From contig OZ242351.1 in the NCBI GenBank assembly GCA_965208675.1, forward strand, positions 832,001 to 896,000: DNA of 64,000 bases, in the 5' to 3' direction. A program made the position numbers and the translations under genes. The notes under the pieces are model-generated. The model made no database searches. It worked only from the letters and a program-made list of their open reading frames with translations, and was not told the origin of the DNA. The DNA comes from Candidatus Poribacteria bacterium (GTDB taxonomy: Bacteria; Poribacteria; WGA-4E; PCPOR2b). This document shows, piece by piece, positions 39,550 to 49,108 of the stretch (within the stretch, counting starts at the first letter, position 1; each line of letters opens with the position of its first letter).

Positions 39550-40245
39550 TCATTTTTGAGGTCCGGCAGGCGGCAATTTTACACCTTTCTGCAGATGTTC
39601 TTGTTTATCCCGTAATTTTGCGATTGAGTGCATAATGAGTTCTCCGATACGCCGCTGTGCTTCTCGTCTGTCCACAATTTCAAGAATTTTTTTGAAATCT
39701 ATGGGCTGACCAAATGTCACCGAAAGTTTTGCCGGCTTCAACCATTTCGCATCCCGGGGCATCATCTGTTCCGCCCCCTTAAGAAATACAGGAATTGTAG
39801 GGACATTAGCGCGATAAGCGATGAAACTAGCCCCACCGAGTGCCTTGCCTAAGACGCCGCCGACGCCGCGGGTACCTTCGGGGAAAATGAGAACGGCTTT
39901 GCCCATCTTTAAGAGCGACAGTGTATGTTTGAGGGCGGCTCGATCGGCTGCCCCTCGATGCACGGGGTAAGCATTTAGCGCGGTAATCAGCCAACTTAGT
40001 CCGGGAATTCGAAACACGTCGTGCCTAGCCATATAATGGAGTTCTCGGTTTGCGGCTGTTCCAATAATGACAGGGTCTGGAAGGCTAACGTGGTTCGACA
40101 CCAAAAGAACGCCGCCTTGCATCGGAACATTCTCACTGCCGTAGGATTCAAGTTTTCCCAAGGCATTGAAGAAAAAAGAGGTAATTCGGTGCGACCGACG
40201 GTACACAGGTTGATCTGTCCGGAAGCTGTATTTCCGCCATTGCAT
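39550..40245 (-). CDS. plsC: 1-acyl-sn-glycerol-3-phosphate acyltransferase
   Basis: NHVSLPD and FPEGTR; follows cmk. Confidence 0.9.
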   Translation of the reverse strand: MQWRKYSFRTDQPVYRRSHRITSFFFNALGKLESYGSENVPMQGGVLLVSNHVSLPDPVIIGTAANRELHYMARHDVFRIPGLSWLITALNAYPVHRGAADRAALKHTLSLLKMGKAVLIFPEGTRGVGGVLGKALGGASFIAYRANVPTIPVFLKGAEQMMPRDAKWLKPAKLSVTFGQPIDFKKILEIVDRREAQRRIGELIMHSIAKLRDKQEHLQKGVKLPPAGPQK

Positions 40246-40919
40246 TATAGACCTCGAATTCGCCCTAAAACAAAATTAACGACTTGATCGATGGTCATAT
40301 CGGTTGTATCGACAACGATAGCATCTTCGGCAGTTCGAAGCGGGCTATGTTCACGGGAGCGATCCTTGGTATCCCGCGTCCGGATTTCCTCTTGTATCCC
40401 GTTTAGCGTGGAATCAATCCCCTTAGCTTTCAGTTCAGCAAACCGTCGTCGTGCACGTGCTTCAACCGAGGCGGTCAGAAAATATTTGTGGTCCGCATTC
40501 GGAAACACAACTGTAGTAACGTCGCGGCCCTCCGCGACAATCGAAATATCCGCACCGATTCTGCGCTGCTGTTTGACAATTTCTTGCCGAAGTTCGGATA
40601 TCTTTGAAATATCGGAGACCACCTTGTTAATTTCTGGCGTTCGGATTGCGTCTGAGACATCCTCGCCATCAAGCAATGCAATCTTTCCGTTCTCGGCGAA
40701 ATCAATATTACACGTTTTCACTAGCCGAATTAACTCCGGGATATTTGTTGGATCTATGCCAGTGCGAATCGATTGCAGCGTCACTGCGCGGTACATCGCA
40801 CCGGAATCAAGGTAGAGACAATTCAATGATTCAGCGAGGCGTCGAGCAACAGTGCTCTTACCTGAGCCGGCAGGTCCATCTATTGCAACCGTCAAGTGTT
40901 TGATTGTTTTACCTCCCAA
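40245..40919 (-). CDS. cmk: Cytidylate kinase
   Basis: AIDGPAGSGKST, DSGAMYRA, EGRDVTTVVFP. Confidence 0.97.
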   Translation of the reverse strand: MGGKTIKHLTVAIDGPAGSGKSTVARRLAESLNCLYLDSGAMYRAVTLQSIRTGIDPTNIPELIRLVKTCNIDFAENGKIALLDGEDVSDAIRTPEINKVVSDISKISELRQEIVKQQRRIGADISIVAEGRDVTTVVFPNADHKYFLTASVEARARRRFAELKAKGIDSTLNGIQEEIRTRDTKDRSREHSPLRTAEDAIVVDTTDMTIDQVVNFVLGRIRGL

Positions 40920-41812
40920 GCGTCCCGTATGGATTTGGACGCATTCAGGATACGCTCAATCTCACCTGCGTCGCCATTTTCGAGGAGCGATTTAAATTGG
41001 GCAAGGTTCTCAATGACGGCATCAATCATCGGTTGCAGTGCAGGGGCGTTTTGCATAAAAATGCCTCTCCAAATCTCCGGCGAACCCGATGCAATACGTG
41101 TAGTGTCGCGGAAACCGCTTGCTGCGTAGTCCGATGCGCTAACTGAATCACCTTCTATTTGCGCCACTGTCTTCGTCAAAATTGACGCAATTAGGTGTGG
41201 AAGATGGCTGGCGCCTGCGATGAGATGGTCGTGCAGATTCGGATCGAGCAGATGAACATTTGCCCCAACAAACTTCCAAAGTTCGACAACACGTGCTAAC
41301 GCCTGCGAGTCGGTATTCCCAATTGGGGTAACGATGCATTTCGCTCCATTGAAAAGATCGGCACGCGCTGCAGCGACTCCAGTTTTTTCCGATCCTGCCA
41401 TTGGATGGGATCCGACGAATCGCACGCAGTTAGGTTTTTCGACTTGCAGGAAACTATTGACTTCTTTAACGATCTGCCCTTTGACGCCGGCGACATCGGT
41501 GATATACAAAGTGGCTGCGTCAGATCTGACACGCTTGGCACACTCTGAAATGCGCCGCACGGTATCCGATACGCGATCTACCGGCATACCAATAATGACC
41601 AAATCGCATTCACGGATGGCTGCAGAAATGTCGATTGTAGCATGGTCAATTGCGTTGTGCTGGAGAGCAACTTCAAGTGTGCTCATCCGCCTTCCGAGCC
41701 CGGTGATTGTTCCCCGGAATCCTTTGGCTTTCAAGGCCAATCCGAGTGAGCCGCCAATCAGGCCGGTGCCAAAGATTGTAATATTTCGAATCTTCCGAAA
41801 GTCATCAGCCAT
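40892..41812 (-). CDS. tyrA: Prephenate dehydrogenase
   Basis: GTGLIGGS, HPMAGSEK, SHLPH, GFRDTTRIA. Confidence 0.93.
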   Translation of the reverse strand: MADDFRKIRNITIFGTGLIGGSLGLALKAKGFRGTITGLGRRMSTLEVALQHNAIDHATIDISAAIRECDLVIIGMPVDRVSDTVRRISECAKRVRSDAATLYITDVAGVKGQIVKEVNSFLQVEKPNCVRFVGSHPMAGSEKTGVAAARADLFNGAKCIVTPIGNTDSQALARVVELWKFVGANVHLLDPNLHDHLIAGASHLPHLIASILTKTVAQIEGDSVSASDYAASGFRDTTRIASGSPEIWRGIFMQNAPALQPMIDAVIENLAQFKSLLENGDAGEIERILNASKSIRDAWEVKQSNT

Positions 41813-41814
41813 AT

Positions 41815-41987
41815 TATGCGTAGGTGTTTTGACCTGTCGACTGGGCGGCTCTGTGTAAAGACAAACCGACCATTTCTCGGGAGCGAGGATTCCTTCTTGC
41901 TGCAAGAAGTCCTGAAATCAACGCGCTTGAATGAGTCCATCTCAAGTTGCAGCGTCAAAACTAAAACCCTTATAGGTAGTTACTGGT
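41815..41987 (-). ncRNA. Candidate 6S-like long-hairpin RNA or structured leader of tyrA-cmk-plsC
   Basis: GTTTTGAC/GTCAAAAC long-range pairing, a central unpaired region and apical hairpin CTTCTTGC-A-GCAAGAAG; about 175 nt after a perfect promoter. Confidence 0.35.
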
Positions 41988-41993
41988 GCGGGC

Positions 41994-42022
41994 ATTATAT
42001 CATTCTGGTGATAACGTGTCAA
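41994..42022 (-). promoter_or_regulatory. Perfect-consensus sigma70 promoter
   Basis: TTGACA-17nt-TATAAT with extended -10 TG. Confidence 0.8.
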
Positions 42023-42271
42023 CCACAAACCTTTTCGTGAAAGAGTTGCGGGCTGCGCAGAACCGTGCGGCTTTAGAGACCGCGGTCACCCGCCCAATGG
42101 AAGTAACCTACAATTTCATGGGATACTCACTGGTGTTGCTGTCAGTGAATATTTGACGGCGCAACACTATTGTCAAATTGTGATAAATTAAGGTCGGTTA
42201 ATACAAGGAGCCTAACTTCAGGTAGGAGGGCGGGGAGGAATAGACTCGAGTGAGAGATTGTACTTCGAGTC

Positions 42272-43333
42272 TTACTCAGGTATTTGGATTTGCAAGCCTT
42301 CTTGAATGCTCTTAATTGCTGCGAGAATGAGCGGATCTGGATAAAGCTGATAAGCTCTTTGGTATGCTTCAAGGGCGGATTCTGGCTCCTGGAGGAAACT
42401 AAGATTAATCGCTCCCATTTTCTGCCATGCATCAACTTGGTTTGCATCGAGTTCGACAATATATTCATATACTTCGAGTGCTTCCCCGTAAAACCGAACA
42501 TCCCCCTCACCCCGCTCAAGACTTTGTGCTTGAACGTAGAGCAAATCAATAAGGTCGTCTTTCGCGTCGGTAAAGTTAGGTTCTTGAGCCACAGCTTCCT
42601 TGAGCAGCTCAACAGCCTTATCCGTTAACTCTCCAATTTCAGAAAGTTCTTCGGCGGACAGGTCGCGGTCGCCATAGGTGTAATCGTGTACGATGCGCCT
42701 ATAGGTCCGTGAAAGTTGCAGGCGAGCGCGCAATCCAAATGGCGCCGATTCAAACGGCAATGGAACTAATTCGGCGTCATTTTCGATAGCCTGTTTGTAG
42801 TAGTGAATGGCTTCCTTGTATTGCTGGGCGCCTTGATATAACAACCCTAAGGTATAGTGTGCTTCGGTATTAGTAGAGTCCTTTTCGAGCACATGAAGCA
42901 ACGCTTCCGTAGCAGCAGCTTTTTCGCCATACCCGTATAGCAACTTGCCACGGAGTAGATGCACGCCAATATGATCCGGTTGCTCCTTTGCTACACGTTC
43001 AAGGTGTGCTTCTGCATCTTCGTTCCAGTTGCTGTGAAAGTAAATCTCGGCGACACGCAAGTGGGCATTCAACAAGCTTTTTTCCAATTGATCCCCTGTG
43101 TCTGACCGCCCTTCCTTTGCATTTTCAATCGAATTTATTGCACCCCAGTAGGCGACCAATGCATTCACTAAATCCTGTTTGGCAAAGTCGGCATCGCCGC
43201 GTTCCATTAACGATTGCGCTTGCGATAAAGGCTGTGGATTTTCCTCGGTGCCAGCTCTTTTTACATGCAGAAACATCAGGACGAAAAATAACGCCAAGAC
43301 CATTGTTTCAAGGTATAGCAACCATTTTTTCAT
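42272..43333 (-). CDS. Tetratricopeptide repeat protein, N-terminally anchored
   Basis: N-terminal hydrophobic helix and TPR motifs (EAHYTLGLLY...EAIHYYKQAIE). Confidence 0.88.
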   Translation of the reverse strand: MKKWLLYLETMVLALFFVLMFLHVKRAGTEENPQPLSQAQSLMERGDADFAKQDLVNALVAYWGAINSIENAKEGRSDTGDQLEKSLLNAHLRVAEIYFHSNWNEDAEAHLERVAKEQPDHIGVHLLRGKLLYGYGEKAAATEALLHVLEKDSTNTEAHYTLGLLYQGAQQYKEAIHYYKQAIENDAELVPLPFESAPFGLRARLQLSRTYRRIVHDYTYGDRDLSAEELSEIGELTDKAVELLKEAVAQEPNFTDAKDDLIDLLYVQAQSLERGEGDVRFYGEALEVYEYIVELDANQVDAWQKMGAINLSFLQEPESALEAYQRAYQLYPDPLILAAIKSIQEGLQIQIPE

Positions 43334-43396
43334 ACAGATTCCCCATAATCAATACGACGCAATTTAAGGTTCCAGAATTGACGCAGATCATCTCTA

Positions 43397-45250
43397 CTAC
43401 TGAACGTCCGCCACAAGATCCAAGAATTCCTCGGGATTGACAAATTTTTCAATGCGTTTCTGCTTTAATTGATTGCCCTTTGAATCATAAAAAATTACGA
43501 CTGGCAATCCCACAATGCTGTACTTTTCCTTCAGTCGCTCGGCTTCGTCTGAATTTTTAGTGAAGTCTAGCTTGATGTTAACAAATTGCGAAAGTTTCGA
43601 TTGCACGTCGGGATGGGAGAATGTCTTGTGGTCAAGTTCTTTGCAGGCAGCGCACCATATTGCGTAAAAATCGAGCATGGCGGGTTTACCTTCTCTTCGG
43701 GCAATTTCTAAGCCTTTTTCTTCGCTGGCAATCCAATCTAAGTCGCTTTCCACTGCAGTCAGGCCGCCAAATATCATATACAATCCGACAACTGCCAATA
43801 ATATGCCGAAAGCCTTGCGAAACCGCGCCAGACTAGACAGGTCTTTAAACCGTTGCGTAAATCGTCCCAATGATACACCGAGTAGCAGCAACACACCGGC
43901 AATAACGAAAAATCCCCAAGAATATCTTAGAAAAGATCGCAGCGGTTCGATGACATCTTTGAGAAAGTATAATGCTACCGTAACAATCGCGACACCAAAT
44001 ATGTTCTCCAGCACATACATCCAAGTACCGGATCTCGGTAGAATGACTCCGGAAAATGTACCGATTAAGATGAACAGCAATCCCATACCGATGGCATATG
44101 TGAGCATCAGCCAAAATCCGAGAAAAATGTCGCTGGTAGTTGCAATATAAGCAAGCACCGCACCCAATGCGGGGCCCGTGCAGGGTGCAGCGATTATTCC
44201 CGCCACGGTACCCATACCAAATGCGCCGGCAAATCCGACGCCTCCGACGCGATTTAGCTTGTTCTGCACTGCGTATGGAAGGCGAATCTCGTAAACGCCT
44301 AGCATTGCCAAGCCGAGCACAATTAAGATTACGCAAACCGGTATTATGACTCTTGCATCCGCCATCACTTCTCCAAAAACTGCTCCGGTTTGCGCGGCAG
44401 CCATACCGAGGATTGCATACGTCAGAGCAATACCTAACACGTAAGTTACGGATAAAAGAAAAGACCTCAAGCGGTTAGTAGACCCGCCTGCTCCAAATAC
44501 GGAGACTGTAATCGGAATCAGTGGATATACACATGGTGTGAGGCTTGTGAGTATTCCGCCGCCAAACACCAAGAGAAACGCCCAAAAAAGACCTTTCGAC
44601 AACGCTTGCGACAATTTCCCGCTCTCGCTGGTTGCAATCTCCGCGCCGTTCAAATTGTCAAATTTTATTCCAGAAAAAACCTCATCGTTAATGGGTTGGA
44701 TCGACTCGTTCAATCCAACCACCTCAATTGGCACTTCTACCGTGATAGTTTTTGGCAATCGACATGTTTCGTCGCTGCACGCTTGGTATTTCAATTGAAG
44801 AGGCAGTATTTTCTCACCCAGTTGAGCGGTTTCACTCAAGACTGCTTGGATGCCGATTGCTACTTTATCATGGTAGACAGGCACAGGGGCTTCGCCGAGG
44901 GACTCAATTTTCAATAGATCGCCCTGTGGATATACAATTTCTCCGAAGGTCACATCTGGTGTGTTCGGCGGATTAGCTTCTGTCGGAATTAGGTAATCGC
45001 CTCCGGAAGGATTCGCATTTGCGTGCCACCCTTTCGCAAAATCCATCACGAGACCAATGAGGAATATGCTGCCAGGTTGCACCTTATCGACCGACAACAC
45101 ACCATGCACCGTAACAACCTCAGTTGCGCCGCTATTTTTCTGCAGCTGTCCAAGGTTTGATAACTGTGCGTGAGAAATGAGAGGCATGCCGAAGTAAACG
45201 GAGAAATAAAGTAAGCACAGTCCGGTGACGAAAACCCACTTTCTAATCAT
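43397..45250 (-). CDS. dsbD: Protein-disulfide reductase DsbD
   Basis: N-domain YQACSDETC, TM domain LTPCVYP and APCTGP, C-terminal WCAAC thioredoxin. Confidence 0.93.
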   Translation of the reverse strand: MIRKWVFVTGLCLLYFSVYFGMPLISHAQLSNLGQLQKNSGATEVVTVHGVLSVDKVQPGSIFLIGLVMDFAKGWHANANPSGGDYLIPTEANPPNTPDVTFGEIVYPQGDLLKIESLGEAPVPVYHDKVAIGIQAVLSETAQLGEKILPLQLKYQACSDETCRLPKTITVEVPIEVVGLNESIQPINDEVFSGIKFDNLNGAEIATSESGKLSQALSKGLFWAFLLVFGGGILTSLTPCVYPLIPITVSVFGAGGSTNRLRSFLLSVTYVLGIALTYAILGMAAAQTGAVFGEVMADARVIIPVCVILIVLGLAMLGVYEIRLPYAVQNKLNRVGGVGFAGAFGMGTVAGIIAAPCTGPALGAVLAYIATTSDIFLGFWLMLTYAIGMGLLFILIGTFSGVILPRSGTWMYVLENIFGVAIVTVALYFLKDVIEPLRSFLRYSWGFFVIAGVLLLLGVSLGRFTQRFKDLSSLARFRKAFGILLAVVGLYMIFGGLTAVESDLDWIASEEKGLEIARREGKPAMLDFYAIWCAACKELDHKTFSHPDVQSKLSQFVNIKLDFTKNSDEAERLKEKYSIVGLPVVIFYDSKGNQLKQKRIEKFVNPEEFLDLVADVQ

Positions 45251-45407
45251 CGTAAAGGCTCCTTTTGTGAATGAATTATATCACGTATCGGTGAACAAAT
45301 TGCTGCGATGCGAATTACAGCGATTCCCAGCTATGGTATACGCGCAAAATAGCAGGGTTTTAAATACTGGTTTTACTATGAATCCATCAAAATTTGCTAA
45401 TCTGTTT

Positions 45408-45986
45408 CTAATTCTCGTGTCCCATTCTGCCTGCGATCTTTTGTATGGCCGCGGCTTGCAATTCTCCACGATATCTCAATCCGGGTGCCTCGGCGTTCTG
45501 CAGACTCGATAACAGGTGCGTCTTTAACTCCTCAAAGGATGCCCAGCGAGCGTCCGCAATCTCTTTTGTATCCACAGGTTCCAGGTTACCGCCGACTGCT
45601 TGAGCGGTAAACACATGCAAGGTCCAGAGAACTTCCGTGTCTTCATACGAAAATTTAACAAAAACCTTTAGGAGATACTCCCGAAGTTGTATTTTCAATC
45701 CCGTCTCTTCGTATGCTTCCCGGCAAACTCCAGTTTCAAAATCCTCCCCCGGTTCGATACCGCCGCTAGGCGGACGGAATACACCGGGAGGATAGCTCGG
45801 TTTTCGGATAACTGCAATATTATCTCTATTCAAGATAAAAGGTGTTACATCGTGAGCCCGTCCATGCCTCATACTCCATTGAAGCAATTCAATCGAGCGC
45901 TTGTCCATCGTATAAGCGGTGCGAAGGATTTGCGGTACGCCGTACTTCCGTTCGATTTGATACAACACTTTCTTGGTGATATACAT
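45408..45986 (-). CDS. NUDIX hydrolase
   Basis: GGIEPGEDFETGVCREAYEETGL Nudix box. Confidence 0.92.
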   Translation of the reverse strand: MYITKKVLYQIERKYGVPQILRTAYTMDKRSIELLQWSMRHGRAHDVTPFILNRDNIAVIRKPSYPPGVFRPPSGGIEPGEDFETGVCREAYEETGLKIQLREYLLKVFVKFSYEDTEVLWTLHVFTAQAVGGNLEPVDTKEIADARWASFEELKTHLLSSLQNAEAPGLRYRGELQAAAIQKIAGRMGHEN

Positions 45987-46067
45987 GACGCCGCACTTAT
46001 GCCGGAATCGCAAGCGGTCAACGGCAACGTAGAAAATGAAATGACTAATCTGCGGGGCACCAATTTG

Positions 46068-47396
46068 TTAAATTCCTGAAACAAATCGTCCCGGACAAAA
46101 AAGATTGAGCGGATCAAGCCTTGCTTTAATCTGCTGCATTAATTTTAAGCTGCTGTCGATTTGTCCCCAAACGTCAACTTGACGTTTAATTGACGTTGGA
46201 GCTGATTCGACAATCAGATTACCCCCAACATTTCGGGCGTGATTACGCAAACCAGCAATCACATTTGAAGCCAATTTTGCTGAGGCTGTGTCGGCTGAAG
46301 GCACAGAGAAGGCAACATAAACTACGCCGTTACCGATGAGTCCCAGGACACGCAAGTCCAGCAAATCACTGCATTGATCGAGTGCCGCCGTGATGAAATT
46401 TTCTACGTCGGTCATTCGGAGATGAGCTTTACAGACAACCGCCCGAGGATTAGTTTCGGGAAACGCCGACATAGATGTCCGGACATCTCGCTGATGCGCG
46501 CCATCATTGACTTCCACACCCGTTGGGTCATTTAGGTTCGCGGCGGAACGAATTTGATTTATCTGCCAATCTACAGTTTCGTGGTGGCCGTCTAGTCCAA
46601 TCACAAGGCAGGGTTCGACAAAGTCAACTGATGGGGCGCCCCCGACAATCAAATTTAGAAAGATTGGCAAAAGATGGGAATCCGATATTTCAATAGCTGT
46701 GCGTGAAGCTTGTGCAACGCTCTTGAAGGTTATTAGCATCGTTCGCTCAACTTCTGGCAACGGGTTCAGCTTGAAGGTAATTTCCGTAATGATTCCTAAA
46801 GTACCGAACGATCCTATGTACAACTTGTTGAGATCGTACCCTGCAACATTCTTTACGACCTTTCCGCCGCATTTTACGGCGGTACCGTTCGACTGCACAA
46901 GTTGCATACCAAGCACGCGATTCCGGGAATTGCCATAGTAGAGTGATGATGGACCGCTAGAATTTGCCGCGACAATACCGCCGAGCGTTGCCCGATTAAG
47001 GTAAGGTGGATCGAATGGCAGACACTGCCCGTTTTCCGCTAGTTTAGCCTGAAGGTCGGCAAGCCGAACTCCAGATTGTACTGTGGCGGTTAAATCACCC
47101 GGCTCATATTCGAGCACCTCGTTAAGGCCTAACGTCGAAACAACCAGATCGACGCGCTCAGGGGGATTCCCAATACCCAGCTTCGTACCGCTGCCAGCAG
47201 GAATAACAGAGAGCTTGTTGTCAGCGGCATAATTCAAAACATCTCGAATTTCACCGACGGAAGCGGGCAAAGCAACTGCTTTGGGTAGTAGGTCGTCAAC
47301 ACCATAAAGATTATCTTGATCGTCGTGCAGTATACCGTTTTCGCCAACGAGTTGGCTCAATTCAACGCGCAGCCGGTTATTGACAGGTTCAGTCAT
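46068..47396 (-). CDS. glcE: Glycolate oxidase FAD-binding subunit GlcE
   Basis: ATLGGIVAAN, GGKVVKNVAGYDLNKLYIGSFGTLG; follows glcD. Confidence 0.85.
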   Translation of the reverse strand: MTEPVNNRLRVELSQLVGENGILHDDQDNLYGVDDLLPKAVALPASVGEIRDVLNYAADNKLSVIPAGSGTKLGIGNPPERVDLVVSTLGLNEVLEYEPGDLTATVQSGVRLADLQAKLAENGQCLPFDPPYLNRATLGGIVAANSSGPSSLYYGNSRNRVLGMQLVQSNGTAVKCGGKVVKNVAGYDLNKLYIGSFGTLGIITEITFKLNPLPEVERTMLITFKSVAQASRTAIEISDSHLLPIFLNLIVGGAPSVDFVEPCLVIGLDGHHETVDWQINQIRSAANLNDPTGVEVNDGAHQRDVRTSMSAFPETNPRAVVCKAHLRMTDVENFITAALDQCSDLLDLRVLGLIGNGVVYVAFSVPSADTASAKLASNVIAGLRNHARNVGGNLIVESAPTSIKRQVDVWGQIDSSLKLMQQIKARLDPLNLFCPGRFVSGI

Positions 47397-47458
47397 CTTG
47401 AGATTAAATATTTGAAAAAGAAGAAATTCCTTCTTCTCTCCGTTCTTTACTTTTCCAA

Positions 47459-48883
47459 TTACACAGATGGGCTTTCAATCCCAAGCTTCACATAGGATTC
47501 CGTGGTTGGGAAAATTTTGCCGGGATTGCACAATTTTGATGGGTTAAAAATGTCTCTGACGGTTGTCATCACTAAGAGATCCTCCGGGCTAAAAATCAGC
47601 GGCATGTAATCCATCTTTTCAACTCCGATGCCATGCTCACCTGTGATTGTGCCTCCGACTTCAGCGCAAGTTGTCAGAATCTCTAAATTCACGGCATCAA
47701 CCCGTTCGCACTGGTCTGGATCCCGCTCATCGAACAGGACGACTGGATGGATATTGCCGTCACCTGCATGAAAAACATTCGCTATAGGAATGCTGTATTT
47801 TTCAGAGATTTCTGCGACGCGGCGGAGCACCTTGGGTAGTTGGGTGCGAGGCACCACGCCATCTTGTGTGATGTAACTTGGCGCAAGCCGACCGAACGAT
47901 CCAAAAGCGCTTTTGCGTGATTTCCAAATGTTTTGACGGTCTGTTTCATCTTTTGCACGATGAATTTCGCGGCAGTTGTGGGAATTGAAGATTTCTATGA
48001 TTTGTTCGGCTTGATGCTGCATACCCGCACTGATACCGTCTAATTCAACGATGAGAACTGCACCGGCATCAAGCGGAAAACCCCAATGGAAGGCTTCCTC
48101 GACCGTTTTGATTACCAAGCTGTCCATCATTTCAAGGGCAGCGGGGATCATCCCTGCACCAATAATTTCGGACACCGCGCTCGATGCATCATTGATGGTT
48201 TCAAATACTCCCAACAATGTTTGATAGGCTTGCGGTATGCGCGTGAGCCGTACAATTGCCTTGGTGACTATTCCAAATGTGCCTTCACAGCCTACCATCA
48301 ATCCGCGGAGATCGTAACCCGGCGTCTCTTCAACATAGCCCCCAAATTCGACAATTTCCCCATCAGGCAACACAACTTCTAGACCGGTTACGTGATCCGT
48401 TGTAACGCCGTACTTCAGAGTGTGAGGCCCACCTGAATTCTCTGCGATGTTTCCACCAATAGTGCAGGCTTTTTGGCTGGATGGATCCGGAGCAAAATAG
48501 TAACCTCGATCTTCAACCGCCTGGGATAGCAGAAGATTAACGACACCCGGTTCAACTACCGCACGTTGATTTTTGACATCAATTTCCAGAATACGGTCCA
48601 TTCGATTTAGAGCGATGATAATGCCGCCGTTGACAGGAAGCATACCCCCACTTAAACCGGTACCGCCCCCCCGTGCAATAAAGGGCACACGGAATTTATT
48701 GGCGAGCTTTACAATCTTCGAGATCTGCTCTGTCGATTCAGCGAACACAACGATATCAGGTGACGCCTTAAACAGTGTTGCTCCGTCGCATTCATAGACT
48801 GAAAGCGCAGTTGAATCAGTGAGCACATTTGCCGCCCCGACAAGATCTGATAATTCAGCAGTTATGCGATTTTTTTCTATCAT
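47459..48883 (-). CDS. glcD: Glycolate oxidase subunit GlcD
   Basis: RGGGTGLSGG, PDPSSQKACTIGGN, FHAGDGNIHP, GEHGIG. Confidence 0.9.
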   Translation of the reverse strand: MIEKNRITAELSDLVGAANVLTDSTALSVYECDGATLFKASPDIVVFAESTEQISKIVKLANKFRVPFIARGGGTGLSGGMLPVNGGIIIALNRMDRILEIDVKNQRAVVEPGVVNLLLSQAVEDRGYYFAPDPSSQKACTIGGNIAENSGGPHTLKYGVTTDHVTGLEVVLPDGEIVEFGGYVEETPGYDLRGLMVGCEGTFGIVTKAIVRLTRIPQAYQTLLGVFETINDASSAVSEIIGAGMIPAALEMMDSLVIKTVEEAFHWGFPLDAGAVLIVELDGISAGMQHQAEQIIEIFNSHNCREIHRAKDETDRQNIWKSRKSAFGSFGRLAPSYITQDGVVPRTQLPKVLRRVAEISEKYSIPIANVFHAGDGNIHPVVLFDERDPDQCERVDAVNLEILTTCAEVGGTITGEHGIGVEKMDYMPLIFSPEDLLVMTTVRDIFNPSKLCNPGKIFPTTESYVKLGIESPSV

Positions 48884-49108
48884 CTAAGATGCCTCCAAGT
48901 CGTGTCCAAAGTTACCCATTACCGCATTGTTTTGAACACGAATTGTCTTTCAATTGTGTAATTTCGAATTGGAATTCTTAATTTTTGATTTGAAGTGCCC
49001 CGCAACTCAACATTGGACGGAATACAAATTGGTTTCATTTTTGCACGATTGGAACAATTGTAAAATTTTTCGTAAAAAATTTACCATTTGAGTCACATTA
49101 TTGGCTTT

